Source: a virus
Lineage: Duplodnaviria; Heunggongvirae; Uroviricota; Caudoviricetes
Virus record (IMG/VR): IMGVR_UViG_3300021256_000003
Location: 64,001 to 128,000 of that record
Strand: one strand, 5' to 3'
Length of the DNA stretch: 64,000 nt
In this document: positions 14,901 through 28,090 of the stretch, one piece after another
Position numbering within the stretch: position 1 is the first letter of the stretch
Layout of the letters: each line of letters starts with the position of its first letter
The notes under the pieces: model-generated
The model's input: the letters and a program-made list of their open reading frames with translations, nothing else
Database searches by the model: none
What the model was told of the DNA's origin: nothing
Program-made: the position numbers and the translations under genes

Positions 14901-17900
14901 TGTTGATTTGGATCAGCATCGATTTCATTGAGCCTATTAATTAATTCTGGAGAAAATAATGTAACTGCTTGAAGAGGGGCAGCGTTAGTTGAAGTATTAA
15001 AATCGCTGTTAAATTCTGTAATTAACTTTTGTAGCTCTTCAACTGGATCTTCTCCACGTTCTAAGATATTCTGCATTATTGTTAGTTTCTTAGCAGCTAC
15101 ATCATTAATTGTTTTTATATTATCAAGTTGTCCATTAACTGCTTGTTTGAAATAATCATACTGCTGTTGGAAAGCCTCTGTATATGTATCCATAAGATTC
15201 CACCAATATTTAGCTAAATCTCTAATTTGTGATTTCTTTTCTTGAGTTTTCCAAGTTTCGTATGAAGTAGTAAGTTCTTTGATTCTGTCAGGATTAATTT
15301 CCTCAATTCTCTTACCTTCAACTAATTCAATATATTGAACAGGATTTAATAAAGTAAACTCTCCACTGACACTAGGATTAGTTTCAAATAGGACAGATTG
15401 CATAAATTCAGCATCTCTGTCTCCATTCATAATAGCATCTTTTCTTTTAAGAGCGTCTTTAAGATTATCTTCCGCTGCTTTTAATTGACGTTTTTGTTCC
15501 TCAGTAAATTCAGCGTGATCTTGTTTCGATTTATAAAGGTTTTCAATTTGATTTGATGCAGTTACAATATCAGCACATGCTTTTCTCCAATCATCAAGCA
15601 TTGCATCAGCTGTTAAACTCTATGAGAAAGCTTGATAACGAAGATTTCTAACTACATCATAATTTTGTAGTTCAGGTAGAACTTCTAATATTTTCTTAAT
15701 AACACTGTCATCTGCTAAATCAGCATGGTTAGCTTCTAGAGTATTAGTAATTAAAGAAATCTGCCGCTTTATAGTATCCTTTACAAATTTATCCTAATTG
15801 TCTTCAGCAGTGCCAGGACCAAATATTCCTTCACTATTAGGCGTAGCACTTAAATTCTTATTAGCAACTTCAGTTTTATCCAACCATTTATAAAAATCAT
15901 CAAGTTCATTGTTTTGGGACATTCTAATAAGTTCTTTTAATGCTTCTTGTTGAGTTTTATATTCAAATGTTGGACGTGACTTATAATTCATCGATATAGA
16001 ATTAGCTGCTCCACCTCCAAAGCCACCTAAAAAGTTTAAAGCATAACGAGTAAATGTATCTTCTGGAGAAGTAAATATTTCAAATTTAGCATTAGGAGAA
16101 TTAGTTAATTTTAATTGAGATGCTAAATTAAAGCAACTTTTACTGAAGTCAGCTAATACCTCTTCTGACACTTCTTCAAAACCTTCAGCTAAGCCTCCAG
16201 CAACAGCCATTCCTATACCACCTTTAGTAGTATAGTCAAGACTTGCAATCTTTTGTCCGGTTTTAAATAGTTTATTTATCCAAGTATTCTTTTGCTCCGT
16301 TGTAGCAGTACGTAAGTTATTACCAATAGCACGAGTTTCAGGATCGATTAAATTCAATCCTTTTACAATGCCTTTATAACGCATTTTATCAGCTCGCAAT
16401 TCAGGATAAATCCATCTACCTATATCAGATTTCAATAACTTATTTTCAAGAAAAGCATATCCTAAAGTAAGAATTGTTGCTTCGTTAGAAGTAGCACCTG
16501 CTTGCAATGCTTCACCATAAGTATCTTGAACAGTAATAGCAGTCATATAGGTTCTTGCTATTTGCTCTCCAAGTTTATTATAAGATTTAAAATATTGATT
16601 AACTAATCCATTGGAGTATTCACTAATAGCTGTATTATATGCTGTAAAGTCTTTAAATGTTTTAGCGGAAACTCCTTTATGAAATAATTGTTTATAAACA
16701 TCCTAAACTGAAGCATTACCTGACATTATTTTAGATGTAATGTCATTAGTATATTTTGCCTTCAATGCGTCATAACCTGCTTGTGTTTGATTTATTCCCC
16801 ATTTACCTTTAAATATAGCAGGAACATATTGGAATATTGCTCGTTGTTCTCTCAACTAACCAGCAACATCTCCTACCATATCAATAAGATTTTCCCAACT
16901 CCAAGGATGTTCTTGTGCATATTCTGATTTTGCATACATTCTATTTACAGAATGAGTGAATCCTTCGAGATTATTTAAAAATTGAGGATTGTCATTTCCA
17001 AACACACGAGATCCCATTTTACCAAGAACCGCAGCTAGCCCAGCTCCTTGAGTTAATACAGATAAACCGGCAATGCCCCAACCAACATAAGGAATAAACA
17101 TACTTCCTACTAAAAATAAGTTCTTCATTGCAGTAGCTCCGACACTATTTTTTATATCGTCAGAATCAAAGAAGTCAAATTTATTAGCAGATGAACCATC
17201 AACACTTAAAATATTAAGTTTATTTAAGACCTGTTTACCATAAACATCTCGTCCATCTAAGTTTTCATAGTAGTAATCACCATTTGGATTTAACTTTAAA
17301 TCACCTTTTTGATGTTGAACAGTCTCTCCTGTAATAGGATCAGTATGCTCACCGTCCTATTCCCATTGAGCTAATACGCGAGTTTTAAAAAAGTCTCCCC
17401 AAAAATCTTTATTAAATAAACCAACGCCTAATTTTTCCCATTCTGCATCAGCTCCTTGACTTACAGCTATAGGATTTGCTAAAACATATCCACTAGCTTG
17501 AGCTAACTCATCTCTACTCATTTTACGTTCACCCTCAAATCCAAAATGTTCCATGCCAATGGTAGTATGATCTGGATTAGCAGATCTAAATATAGCGGGA
17601 CGTACATCAAGTCGTTTTACTTCTGGAGAAACATATCTATTAGATGGATCAAATCCAATAGAATTAAGTATATTAATTTTAGAATCAGCATCGGTCAATT
17701 GAGAATATTCAAATAACGCAGTTTTGTATGCAGTATTAAATTTATCCTCATTAAACTAGCCATTCTCTGTAAAATAATCTATTACTTTCTAATTTTTCTT
17801 ATACTCATCCGGAGTTAATAATACCGAATTCGTGCCGTGTCCTACAGAACTTAAATCATATAAAGTAGCAGTAGGATTGGCTAAAGTATCATAAAATATA

Positions 17901-17914
17901 TCCTTACCCGGCAT
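8984..17914 (-). CDS. Giant virion cargo protein (2976 aa) with SF1 helicase-like P-loop domain (code 15)
   Basis: ATG at 17912-17914, TAA at 8984-8986. Eleven track fragments (17357 to 9128) are in the same frame and end at TAG. Motifs GIPGSGKT, IFIDEW, TGDYDQ, QKAQGFE and YTGASRA. Hydrophobic N-terminal segment LFLVGSMFIPYVGWGIAGLSVL. Confidence 0.85.
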
Positions 17915-17919
17915 AATTA

Positions 17920-19842
17920 TTAATTAGCAAACATATCAGCGCCATCATTATACATGAATTGACGATTAATCTAACCATCTTTAACATACATAGTATTAGC
18001 TTCGACCGCAGTAGGTTTATAACCAGTACCATACATAGCATTTAAATTACTATCTCTTAATGGAATATAAATCATACCATCATACATATGATCTCTTCCA
18101 CCAAAGACTCTATTAAATATATTATTACTGAAATTAGGTTCATCGCCCGTAGATTTCTTTAAATTATAAAGAATCTATTCAATTTTTTCAGTATCATTTA
18201 TTTCATTTAAGTAGTAGGAGTTTTCAGCTTCGTCTGGATTAACAAATGCTCTATCGAGGGCTTGCCCGTGTACGGCACCAAATGCTCTATATGAAGAAAT
18301 TCTTAGATTTCCTCTATTGTCAAAAATTAGTGGTAAGTTTTTACTAGCGTAAACTTGATTAATTTTTTCAATAGTTTCAGCAGTTGGTTTCATAGCGTCA
18401 ATTCCCATTGCCTTTAATTCCTTGTGAGCTTCTGCTACTTTATCTAATAAAGCAAAATCAGGTTTATTAGGATCATTCTTATCAAAAGGTAAAAAGACTC
18501 GATAAAAAGAATTTGAATCAATTTTAACTAACGGAAATTGATTAGCATCTATACGCTATCCTCCCATAGTTACATTATCCCAATCAAGTATAGCTGCAAC
18601 ATTACTTCTACTAGCTTTTTCTAATGATTCATTAGCACCTAACGGAGTATTTTCATCTGCCATTAATGGAACTACATTTCCGTAAACTTCAATACCATGA
18701 GTACCAATTCCTCTTAAAGTAACTTGAGTTCCTGCTGTAAGTCCATTAACAAACATCATAGCGCTTGTTAATTTACCATTATCTCCAGATAATCCATCAC
18801 CTACATTATCAGCACCATTAGCGTTTTTAGTTGCCTGAATATTAACAGAATTAGTATTATTAACTTTACTTCCAACATATTGGAAAATTAAGTTATATAC
18901 TCCTCTACCATCTTCATTTAAATTCATAGTTTCTGCTTTTGACTCCAACACAGCTTTCATATTATTAGGCATAGTTGTAAAAATATAATTAATTGCAGCT
19001 AAGGCCTGTTTTGTCTATGTTTCAGATAATGTAGTATATTTATATATTCCATCAATTGTCATAGGAGCTCCGACAGCTAAAGAAGCATCGCCTACAGTTG
19101 ATGCGGCTTGTTGCAAATAATTTAACCCGTCAACAATTTTATTAGCTTCAGTTTTAGAATACCCTTCTCTTTCTAATTTATCACTTCCGAGATTACTAAG
19201 TCTATCTTCAATAAATTTAGATATTGTGTTAGTACCAACTCCATTAGCAACAGTCTTAATAAGATCAAGATTCATTGCATTTTCAGGTGCTAAAGCACGT
19301 AAATCTAATAATTGAGAATTGGTCAAAGCAACATATCCATTTTCTTTTTGCTCTTTTGGAGTCATTAATTGAAAATCTCCAGTTTCAGGGTCTTGACAAA
19401 TTAAATGTCCGGATGTTGTAACCGCAACTTCATTTAAGCCTCCATTTGCACTTACTATTTTAAAAGCTTCATCATATTCGTGTTTGAAATGTTTAGCCTG
19501 AGTAAGATTATCCAAAAGATTTAAGTATTGCATTGCAATAGCAGAAGTATTATAGGTTGAACTCTGTCCTAATGGCGATACTCCTAAGGCTGAATTAGCA
19601 AAAAACTATTTCGCACCATGAATAATATAAGATGCATCATTTGGCAGAGCATCTATTTTTTTCTCTATTAATTCTAATACATCTTTTAAAGATACGTCAT
19701 CAGACTTACCTTTACTATTACCACTTGCTGTATTTGTTGCTGTAGTCGCAGCAACATCACCACGAGGACGTGTTACAGCAACTGGTGTAAATGAAACAAA
19801 TGGGGGAACAGATGCTCCCCCATCTTGAAACTTATATATCAT
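17920..19842 (-). CDS. Virion cargo/ejection protein (640 aa, code 15)
   Basis: ATG at 19840-19842 overlaps the upstream TGA (ATGA). Fragments 19606, 19015, 18556 and 18175 are in frame. TAA at 17920. Begins MIYKFQDGG. Function is inferred from its position between cargo and RNAP genes. Confidence 0.7.
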
Positions 19843-22800
19843 GCCTTATCAGGTAATTTATACATTGATTTAGATAATCTTTCCAACTTTTTCCAATTTA
19901 ATTTCTGTTGATGCTTAATACTATCAATAAATCGATCAGCATTTTTTATGCGTTCTCTAGAAGCATTACCACCATCTTTGTAGAAATTAAGTAATCCTCC
20001 TAATTTTCGGCTGTCTACTTCTTTAGTTATATCAAAATTAGGATTAGAAACTCCTGATAGTGTTCTAGGAGCATAATGTAATCCTCTCATTCGAGCATAC
20101 TCAACAAGAATTGCATTTTGAAGTTTTTGTGTTGCTCTTTGATAATTGATAAGATATTTCTTCTTATCTTCATCTGATATAAGAGGGTCACTGTAAGCTT
20201 CGTAAGCTTCTTTCTCTGGAGCAGTAAGGTATGCTTCTAGATTAGACAATACAGTATTTTCAGCATTCTTCATATCTAGACTTTCTTGCAGACTTTTTCT
20301 TTCATTAAGTCTATTTTTAAAATCGTATTCTAAAGATTGTCCAAATATATCCCAATCCTATGTAATTTGATTTAATCTAGCAATTTCAATAGCACTCTTA
20401 TTCTTTAAAGTCTTTAATTGTTGAAGTCTATTTTCCATTGCAACTTGATGTCTATTATCAATATTTTCATGATCTTGAGCTATACTTAATTCGTGAGTTC
20501 TTCTTCGCATAGCATTGTCTTTTGTAAGACCTTCGATAATAGCAGCATTACCTTGTTTTTGAGATTCTAACTAAAATGCTTGATTAGTAGCAGCATCGCT
20601 AGTTATAGGATGGGCAGTAGCTATACGATTATATTGCCCATATATACGTTGTCCAGTATTAACATCTTCTAATGAACCGTATACATCCCTAAATTTTTCT
20701 ACAGGATCTTTTAGATAAGGAATTTCAGCAGCAAGAGCTTTATCAGTTACACGATTAGTATTCCATAATAGATTACGTAATCTAGCATAAGCGATACCTT
20801 GTGGTGCTAAATCACCCACTGCATTTAAAATTCTACCTAATAATGGATTAGGTGTACTTGAATTTTTACCATTTTCTGTTCCATTCTCTGAATCAGAATG
20901 TGCCTATGTATTAGATTTACTAGGAGATTGAGGATTATTTCCTGTTGGATTATTTTCAGGATTATTACCTTTTACATAGAAAATATTAGAATGAGAGTCA
21001 TTATCATTTGGTCTATAATAGACACCATTAGCACCTTCGATAGGATACTCGGTATATCCAGATACGTCTTCTACTTCTATCCAATTATCTCCAGCTTCGT
21101 TTGGAACAAATTTATGAACCTTCTGGCCAGCTGTGGGTGTAGTCATTTCAGGGGTATAATGATATGTTCCAGGTTTATTATCCATACGTGGGTATAAGAT
21201 ATTTCCTTTATCAAAGAAATTATATCCTTGAGTACGGATAGCAGCTAATGTTTCAGGTTTCCAGGAAATTTTACCATCTGCATCAACATTAGCCCACTGG
21301 GTTACCCAATCCTTAGCTTTTTGAGGGGTTCTGGCGTCGTTATAGATTTGTTGGAAATATCCTAAAAGATTATTATAATTATTATCAGTTCCAGCAGTTG
21401 TTAAATATTCATTAAATTTTTTATAAGCGTTTGTATTATATAAAGCTTGACTAAAATCAGATGTTTTAGCAGTATTTAAATTACCTTCGGTATCAAAATA
21501 GCTATCTCTATCTGCTAGTTCTTTAAAAGCAGCATCACTTTCCCATGCCTTTTTGTTAGCTTGGTTATAATAGACCCAGTTTCGATTTTCATTTTCCTGT
21601 TGATGAATGTAATCAATCGGATCATATTCTGGAATTAAAGAAGGAGCTTCGCCTGTTCCTTTTAATTGAAGAGCTAAATTCTTTAAAGCATCAGTAATTA
21701 TACTACCTTGCTGAAATTTTCTAATATTACCACCAGATTTAAATAGTCCTATAGAACGTAACCATCCTTCAATTAATGCTTCTTGCGAACCGTCAGTTGT
21801 AGGTCTCATTTTTTGTTTAGATAAATAATCTTTAAGAGACTATAACATCTATTCACGATTTAAATTATAGTTTCTTCCTTTAAATGAAAAATTAACCGTA
21901 CTGCCTAATCCGAGTTTATTATTGAAAATATTAACTAAATTATTAGATGCTTCTTCAATTTTTGCTCTCTGTGCAGTAATTGGTAAGTTAGTTCCTGCAA
22001 CTCTACTTATAGGAGTAAAACTAGATTGTTCAAATAGTGTTTCTAATCTTGGAATAGATGGAACTTCTCCAGGATATTTAGATTGTGGAGTAGATTCAGA
22101 CTGAGCAACTGGAGCTTCCCACGGAAGCTCAGATTCTCGAACTGGCTATGGAGTGGAATTATTTGGTTTTGTAGGAGTGGATTGAGGTTTAGGTTCAGTT
22201 GTTTTTACTTCAAGACCTTCAAAACGATTTTCAGATTTACGAGTAAATCTTGGATTCATTACCCATTCGTAGTTAGGCTCAAACGTATTAATAGTTTGAT
22301 TCTATTTAAATGGTAAGCTGACTCCAAAATAGCTATTTCCTACAAAAGGATTAGTCCACTTCATTCCTTTAGTTGGAGCTAATCTAATGTCAGAAGCTAA
22401 TCCGTTAAATCCAAGTTCTTTCTTAAGAATAGGAGCAAGTTTTTCTTGTTTAGCTTGTGGTGTAAGTTTAGTATCATTTACAATACTTCTAGCTTGTTTT
22501 CCGCCATCTCCTGATAATATATAATCACCTCCTTCAGTTCTAATTCCTATTGAATTTTCACGAACATTTTCTGAATGAAGATGCTTCATTCTAGAAGTAT
22601 TAATTCCATATTGTTTTAAAGTTAATAAATATTGTGCAGCCCAAATTAAATTTTGCCAATCCTCTTTATCCCAAGTATCTGGATTTTTTTGGAAAGTAGG
22701 TAGAAGCTGTGCTAGATTAGTCACTCCACCTACTGTAGCTAAGGTTTTAATTACGGGGCCAGCCATTCTTGCAAATTGAATACCTAATTTAGAAGCTTTA

Positions 22801-24503
22801 GATCCTTTAATGCCAAAACCTGCTGCGACAGTACCTACAGTATTTAATCCTGCATTTGCAGCAACACTGCCCCATCCAAGTTTACCTTCAGAGGCATCTT
22901 TAATATCAGCAACAGCACCCATAACTGTACCAGCCGCACCAGTACCCCAACTTGCCCATCCTTTGCTTGCTAAAGATGCAAAATCCAAAGCCATTTGAGT
23001 TAATCTTGGCCAATTTTCAGCAGACCAAAATTCTTCCTCTGGATTGTATTTTGTACTAAATGCATTTACTTTTTCTTTATCGACAGTTTTATTTGGCTAT
23101 GAATAATATTTATCCATATAATCTATTACTGATGCGTATTCAGGATCAGTTATATCACCTCCTTCCTAAAATTTTCCAGCAGATGGATTCAAACTTCCCT
23201 AAATTTCCTAATAAGTTCCAGAGTTTTTGAAGAATCCAGCCCATACTCTATAAACCTTTTTATTAACATCGTCGTAGAGAATAGCCCAGGGTTTATTAGT
23301 AGGAGTGTAGAAATGCCATCCTTGTAAGTTATAAGGCAAAGGTACCTTGGTGTGGGTTCTAATTAAATTAGCGGCGTTAGAATCATCAGATAAACTATTA
23401 AATTTATGATTAGGATCTTGACTATTCCAAAGTAAATTTAAATAAGCATTTATACCAGAAATATCCTCAGTTTTTCCATCAAAATATTTTATTCCTAATC
23501 CTACTAATTCTCTAGTTCTTGCATCATTTACCATATATTCTTTTCCTTTTGGAAAATTACCAATACGACCTATCGTAGGATATGTAGAATTATATTCAGT
23601 AAAATGATTTAAATAAGTTTGTTGAGATTGTGTTTCTTTTTGTTCCTATTCAGCTAATGCTTCTTTAGCAGCTGCTTCAGCTTGTTGTGAAGCTTGCTAT
23701 TCTGGAGTTAAGTCAGTTACATCTTTATCCGCGAAATACGAATCTAAGAAATTAGATTTTTCGAAGAATGGATATAACACAGAATAATCACCAACTCCAA
23801 AGTTTCCGTCATCTAATGCAGAGATTGCAGCTTCAAATCTAGGAGTCCACATATTTACTGTACTTTCATCATATCCTGCATTCTAAAAGTCAGAATATGC
23901 TTTTTTAAGATATTCACTAAGTGCATTCGCTCTATTAAAATTTCCTTGAGCTTCTCTAGCTCGAAGATCGTTAAAATATCTTGCAGGAGCACCTAAACGA
24001 TAATGTTCAAAATTCGCTGCAATTGATTCGGGTTTGAATTTTATAGGTTTTTGTTTTTGAGGCGAAGTATTATTCACAGCTTTAATTAGCTCCTAACCTA
24101 TAACTTTAGCATAAGTTGCCACCTTTTTACTAGGATTAAATGAACGTAATTTACTTTCATATTTAGCCTATTTTTCTTGTAACTTTTTTAACTTTTTCTC
24201 ATCAGTTTCATTTGAAAAGTCTGGAGCTTGATACTGTGTACCATCATTATTAAACAAAAAGGACTTAGTATCATCTAAAAACCCATTAGTATCTGTTATA
24301 GTATAGAAAGCATCAGTAGAAAATCTTCCAGATTCTAAATTCTTACTATACTCATTATAATATTGTTTAAAAAGTTCTTTTTCAGCAGGAGTCCAATCCT
24401 ATGCATCTAAATAACTTGCAACATTATTATCAAGATTTTGTTTAAATAAGCGAGCATCTATTTCCTGCTCACCTATCTTATATTTTGGTGTTTTATCAGG
24501 CAT
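19839..24503 (-). CDS. Large virion cargo/ejection protein (1554 aa) with Gly/Ala-rich hydrophobic segments (code 15)
   Basis: ATG at 24501-24503. Fragments 23883, 23208, 22302, 20904, 20571 and 19839 are in one frame. TGA at 19839. Internal KFQEGG and KFQQGS motifs. Function inferred from synteny. Confidence 0.72.
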
Positions 24504-24525
24504 ACAAAATCATTTTATAAAAAAT

Positions 24526-24558
24526 AAAGGAGTGTACTTTGATTTAGCACACTCCTTT
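24526..24558 (-). terminator. Rho-independent terminator
   Basis: Inverted repeat aaaggagtgt/acactccttt, followed on the minus strand by a U-rich tract, just downstream of the 93-aa gene. Confidence 0.75.
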
Positions 24559-24569
24559 CTACGTTACAT

Positions 24570-24851
24570 TCACTTGCTAATTCTACGAGAGAGTTTACCA
24601 CCCATACGATAAACGGGTTCTCCTTCAGCAGGTGCAGGAGCTGCAGTTTCAGCGGGAGCTGCCTGTGCAGGAGCGGCCTGCTGAGTAAGCTCAAGTAACA
24701 TCTGGCAAACCTGTAAGGCTACTTGACAATCATTAGATTGAACGGCTTGCTGAGCACCTTGAATTAATACTGCCATTGGGTCTTGAGCGCCCTGTGGAGC
24801 ACCAGCAGGTGCAGCACCACCTTCTTGAAATTTAAATGTTTTTAATTTCAT
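24570..24851 (-). CDS. Small Ala/Pro/Gln-rich virion protein (93 aa)
   Basis: Intact ORF with no TAG, ending at TGA. N-terminal KFQEGG and C-terminal YRMGGKL motifs. Confidence 0.75.
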   Translation of the reverse strand: MKLKTFKFQEGGAAPAGAPQGAQDPMAVLIQGAQQAVQSNDCQVALQVCQMLLELTQQAAPAQAAPAETAAPAPAEGEPVYRMGGKLSRRISK

Positions 24852-24988
24852 TTTCTATTTAATTTTAAGTTAGCTAATTAAAATATCTTGTTATATCTAC
24901 GTCTTGTTTATAATATATACATACAATAAATAATCCAAAAAGAATATATTTATTTATTTTAATAGAATAATTAAAAAGTTATTTCTTA

Positions 24989-25579
24989 TTATTTTGGGGT
25001 TTCGACATATTGAGGGTCTCTAGAATCCTATGCTTTTAATTCCTTAAATACTATTTTACCGAGTCTTCTACAATATTTAGGATATAAATCAGAATCATCT
25101 TTTACTTCCTCTGCTTTTTTAGCCCATTTAATCATATGTCTTGTAGAAATACGAGAAAATATACGTTCTCCACCTTGTAGAAAACCTTGAGTACCCCCGT
25201 CAGAACCGATTATTTTCATTGTATATTTATCTAGATTTTCATCATCAATGTCTAGTTCGTCGCCTTCTACAATTCCAGAATTTATATTAACTTCAAGAAT
25301 ATATTTACAATTTTCAAAAGGAATTAACGTTTCATCATTAGGCTATGCAGTATATATTTTAACTACTTCGTCATCATCATTGATACCTATCTAATCTAAT
25401 GGGATTTTAGTATCTTTCATCCACATTTCCCTAGTTCCTTCTTTTGACCAAACAAACAACATTCCTTCGTCTGGAGCCAAAAAGTCTCTATTCATTAGTC
25501 CTTCTTTTCGAGAATCCTCTGTATCTGCTATTTCAACGATATAAGATTTTTCTCCTATAGTAATTTTCTTTTTTTCCAT
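24989..25579 (-). CDS. DUF192-family protein with C-terminal extension (196 aa, code 15)
   Basis: VEIADTEDSRKEGLMNR...EGMLFVW...MWMKDTKIPLD(Q)...YILEV is the DUF192 signature. Fragments 25391 and 25028 are in frame. TAA at 24989. Confidence 0.8.
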
Positions 25580-25581
25580 AA

Positions 25582-26319
25582 TCACTTATTATAAGAATTC
25601 CAAACTTTCTATAATGTTGTTCCTTGAGGATCTGTATATGTATCGTAACCTTTTTCAAGGTAATTCTATAATGAAGCTGGTCTAAACCACCCTCCGTAGA
25701 TAACTTGTTCAACTGTTAATCCTCTTTTATCAATTAAAGGTTTCCATTTAGAAGAATTATAATATTTATTATAAATAGATTTATATAATTTTGTAGCTGC
25801 GGCAATTTGTGCTTGCTTATCCTATTTAAATTGTTCTCTATTTAAAGTACTATATTTTTGTCTAGTAGAATCAATAAATTGAAACCAGCCAGATGCCGAC
25901 GAAGTCGGGTTCTAAACTATTGGATTATACGCAGATTCATGAGCTGCAATATTTGCTAAAATAGTTTGCATTTGTTCATCAGCATCTTCAGGATGAGATT
26001 GCAAATAACGTTCATATTCATTTACATAATCCTAATATCTACTTGAATAATTCTACTAGATATTCTAAATTCGTTTACCTGTAAAAATATCAGACTGCTT
26101 AACTTGCTCTGTTATAGGTACTTGTGGAAATGAATAAAATTCATTATTTTCAGGCACATCTACTAATTCCTACGAAGTTTTATCTGAAGATAATATTTGA
26201 TTATTCCTACTTTGCATATAATTGATCCAATCGGTTGATAAATCAGGAAGTTCAGACTAAACTTTTCTAGTAGATTGAACTACTTTAAAAGGAACAAATA
26301 AATCAGTTAATTTCATCAT
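25582..26319 (-). CDS. Lytic transglycosylase (SLT/lysozyme-like), probably virion-associated (245 aa, code 15)
   Basis: Missing from the ORF track because of several TAGs. Hand translation gives IAAHESAYNPIVQNPTSSASGWFQFIDSTR (catalytic Glu-Ser and GxFQ motifs). ATG at 26317-26319, TGA at 25582. Confidence 0.8.
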
Positions 26320-28090
26320 TGTTTACCTCCTTTTTAAAATAATTGAAAAACTCTGGCCATCCTGTTTTATATTCTTTACTGAAAAGTTCAGCTTCATTTT
26401 CATTAGGAAATCTTAAGATATTATTATGTTTAATAGCATAGCCAATAGCTTTTTCGTCATCGTCGAATTTAATAAGATTTCCCTCTACCTCCTAAATCAT
26501 AGGAAAAACTACTGCTCCGTTATTATCAGTATAATAGCTTAACAAATGTGTTCCAGTATGTTCTATTGTAGAAGTATTACCATCTTCATCTTCTTTTTCC
26601 TCAGTCCATATAACAAATTTTACAGGTTCAGATAGTCGTTGTATAAATCGTGGGTTTTGACGCTTAGCTTCTTCAATTAATTCTTCTATAGAGCGATTAG
26701 TTCTAGAAGGAATATTTCCTCCTTTTTGTAAAGAATTAATAAGACCTGTTCTATCGTCAGTATTATTTATAATCTAGTCATGTAAAAGTTTTCCTGCGAG
26801 TAATGCAAGCTCTTCTTTCCTAGAATTCTTAGTATCCTCATTATAAAACTCACGATATAATTCTTCAAGTTTTTTAGTTACTTCAAGATTAAATATAATT
26901 TCATTTAATTCAATTTCTGCCTATTGACGACCACCGTTATCAACTACAGGAATTCCCTTTTTAGTAATTCCAGAGTCATCAAATCCAGTATCTCCTAAAT
27001 GATGTTTATTTTTATGTAAAGCCCCTTCTGGAATTAAGTTGGGTTGATTAGTTTCAATGATGATATTTTCATCAAGAGCTTTACCTCCTTCTTTTAACTT
27101 TACTGTAATAGTCGGAGACCATAAATCTACAGTTCCGCCATTTTTATTTATTTCTATATTAACTTTTGTAGAAATAGTCGGAGTCCAATCCTAACTTATA
27201 TCAATTTTATCAAGTTTCATACCGCGTTTAGCAGCAAGAGCATATCTCCAATTCCAACCTCCTTGTTTAGTAAAAGCATCTTTTAAGTATGTAAAATCGC
27301 TCATTGAAGACATTGCATCATCATAATCCTAAGTTTCTGCACTAATTTTCTAGAGTTTAGGAACCATTGCCTGTGCTTCTGAAATAGCTTCATTATCTCT
27401 ATCTCGTTGTCCAAAACTAAATAATGAGTATTGTTTATCAGCTTTATCCTAAGCGTTTAAACGTTGTGCAGTTGCACCTGTATAAGATCCGTTAATATTC
27501 TCTGTAGAACGAATGTCGTCATTATATGACATTGTTCTAGGCCCCCAGGCATTATTAGCTACATCATAAACTAATCCGGCTGTTTTTGCTGCAAAGCCAG
27601 CAGCTGCTAAATAAGGATTACCTGACTATAGTCCAATGTTAGATAAGGTATCAATGCTTGTTCTTATATTATCTTCTGTTTTGGAAGTATTAATTCCTTG
27701 ACGTAATGCAATACTTCCTGCATCCATACCTTTGGCGGCAAGGGAGCTAGCCATAGCTCCCAAGCCTACAAAGGATTCATTTCTAGCAGTTTCCGCTGCG
27801 GTAAGTTCCGTCTAAGCTGTTGTAAGCTTATCGTTCAACTATGTATAAATGCTTTCTGGATCATTACTATCATAGGTCAGTCCGAACTGTTTTGCTAAAT
27901 CTTGTTTTTGTAATTCAATGTTGTTAATCTATTCAGCAATTTCACTCTCGTTACCTAGCATTAATTTTCCCTTAAGCATTTCTTGCTGTTGTGTTAGATA
28001 CTGCCAGTCGGTTTGAAAGTTATTTAAACTATTAATATTTTGTCTGGCAGTCTTAACTGCCTATATGCTTTGTGACCAATTATTAGGCAT
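26303..28090 (-). CDS. Virion cargo protein (595 aa, code 15)
   Basis: Missing from the ORF track. ATG at 28088-28090 overlaps the upstream stop. Hand translation with TAG=Gln is open to TGA at 26303. Contains NLIPEGALHKNKHH and GIPVVD...QQAEIELNEIIFNLEVTKKLEEL segments. Confidence 0.7.
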
